Below are positions 63,316 through 64,000 of a stretch of 64,000 nucleotides of DNA, in pieces. A program made the translations under genes and the position numbers. Numbering within the stretch: position 1 is the first letter of the stretch; each line of letters opens with the position of its first letter. Below the pieces are notes generated by a model. That model was not told the DNA's origin. It saw only the letters and a program-made list of their open reading frames with translations, and made no database searches. The DNA comes from Acidobacteriota bacterium. GTDB taxonomy: Bacteria; Acidobacteriota; UBA890; WLXD01. The stretch covers positions 576,001 through 640,000 of the forward strand of contig CBDBHB010000007.1 in assembly GCA_965205505.1 (NCBI GenBank). Direction: 5' to 3'.

Positions 63316-64000
63316 CTACGGCGACGTCGCCACGGACCCTATGAGGTCGAGGAGCCACGCGAGATTGCAGGAGGCCCGGTGTTCGTCACCGGCCGGCCTC
63401 CGCGTCTGCGAAACGAGGAATCGACGGGTAGCCCCGACAAGGTCCGCAGTCGCGTCCAGCTTCGCCAGATCGCCCCGGGCTGGCGAGCTCGTCAACTTCA
63501 CCTCAATAGCCCAGCGCTCCCCGGCCAGTTCGAGGATCAGATCCAGCTCCCGCTGGTCACTCGTACGGAAGTAGAACGCCTCGTGCAGTATTCCACGTGC
63601 CTGCAGATGGCCGATGGCCTGCTCGATGACGAAGCCCTCCCAGCTCGCTCCCACCGACGGCTGCACCAGCAACGACTGGCGATCCGTCACGCCGTAGAGG
63701 AAGTGCAGCAGACCGCTGTCGCGCCAATACACCTTCGGGCTCTTGACCAGCCGTTTCTTGATGTTGGCGTGGAATGGTGCCAGATAGCGAATCAGGAACG
63801 CGCCGACGAAGTAGTCCAGGTAGCTGTTTACGGTGTGATAGGAGAGCCCCAGACTCTTTCCTAGCTGCGAAGCGTTCCATACCTGCCCATGCTGGGCAGC
63901 GAGCATGCGGATCAGACGATTTGTCGTTTGCGGCCGGGCCGGGAGTCCCCAGTTGGGTAGGTCGCGCTGTACCAGCAAGTCGAGGTAGTCGCGTTGCCAT
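63316..64000 (-). CDS. AAA+ ATPase with DUF4143 domain (partial, runs off window)
   Basis: KRLVKSPKVYWRDSGL, GASWEGFVIEQ and YFRT..ELDL..AIEVK motifs. Confidence 0.88.
   Translation of the reverse strand, partial: WQRDYLDLLVQRDLPNWGLPARPQTTNRLIRMLAAQHGQVWNASQLGKSLGLSYHTVNSYLDYFVGAFLIRYLAPFHANIKKRLVKSPKVYWRDSGLLHFLYGVTDRQSLLVQPSVGASWEGFVIEQAIGHLQARGILHEAFYFRTSDQRELDLILELAGERWAIEVKLTSSPARGDLAKLDATADLVGATRRFLVSQTRRPAGDEHRASCNLAWLLDLIGSVATSP

Noticed and set aside
1-64000. CRISPR array or integron cassette array
   Set aside because: No regularly spaced direct repeats, no cas genes, and no repeated attC-type sites were seen.

Overview
GC-rich bacterial DNA, probably Acidobacteriota (inferred from two ADOP-type duplicated permeases, an acidobacterial-type VWA protein, a CadC-like wHTH/TolB-repeat protein and an NWFDELKRLVP C-terminal remnant). 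The window is an accessory, heavily rearranged region organised around one tRNA-Arg(TCT) gene (23173-23246). Upstream of the tRNA lie two 39-bp copies of its 5' half (7277-7315, 15586-15624), each ending exactly at the anticodon loop and preceded by a shared arm-like sequence, plus a tyrosine integrase ending 30 bp before the tRNA. This suggests tandem islands that restore the tRNA by supplying its 5' half. Downstream lie a 3'-end att-like remnant (32336-32416) and an integrase tail (60928-61045). Cargo includes a Pycsar-like defence pair broken by an IS3, an ImmA/IrrE protease, two spermidine-dehydrogenase-like flavoproteins, a sulfatase, a Tat-signal Rieske oxygenase, a heme-c/copper-monooxygenase plus PQQ-dehydrogenase operon, a lipoprotein agmatinase and four toxin-antitoxin-like modules. 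Mobile DNA includes two complete IS3, one IS630, IS6/IS3 remnants and a CTAG-flanked MITE family whose ends sit on gene stop codons. Many genes are truncated, fused or frameshifted, which may be real decay or assembly/long-read error. All family calls come from motif recognition by eye, not from database searches.
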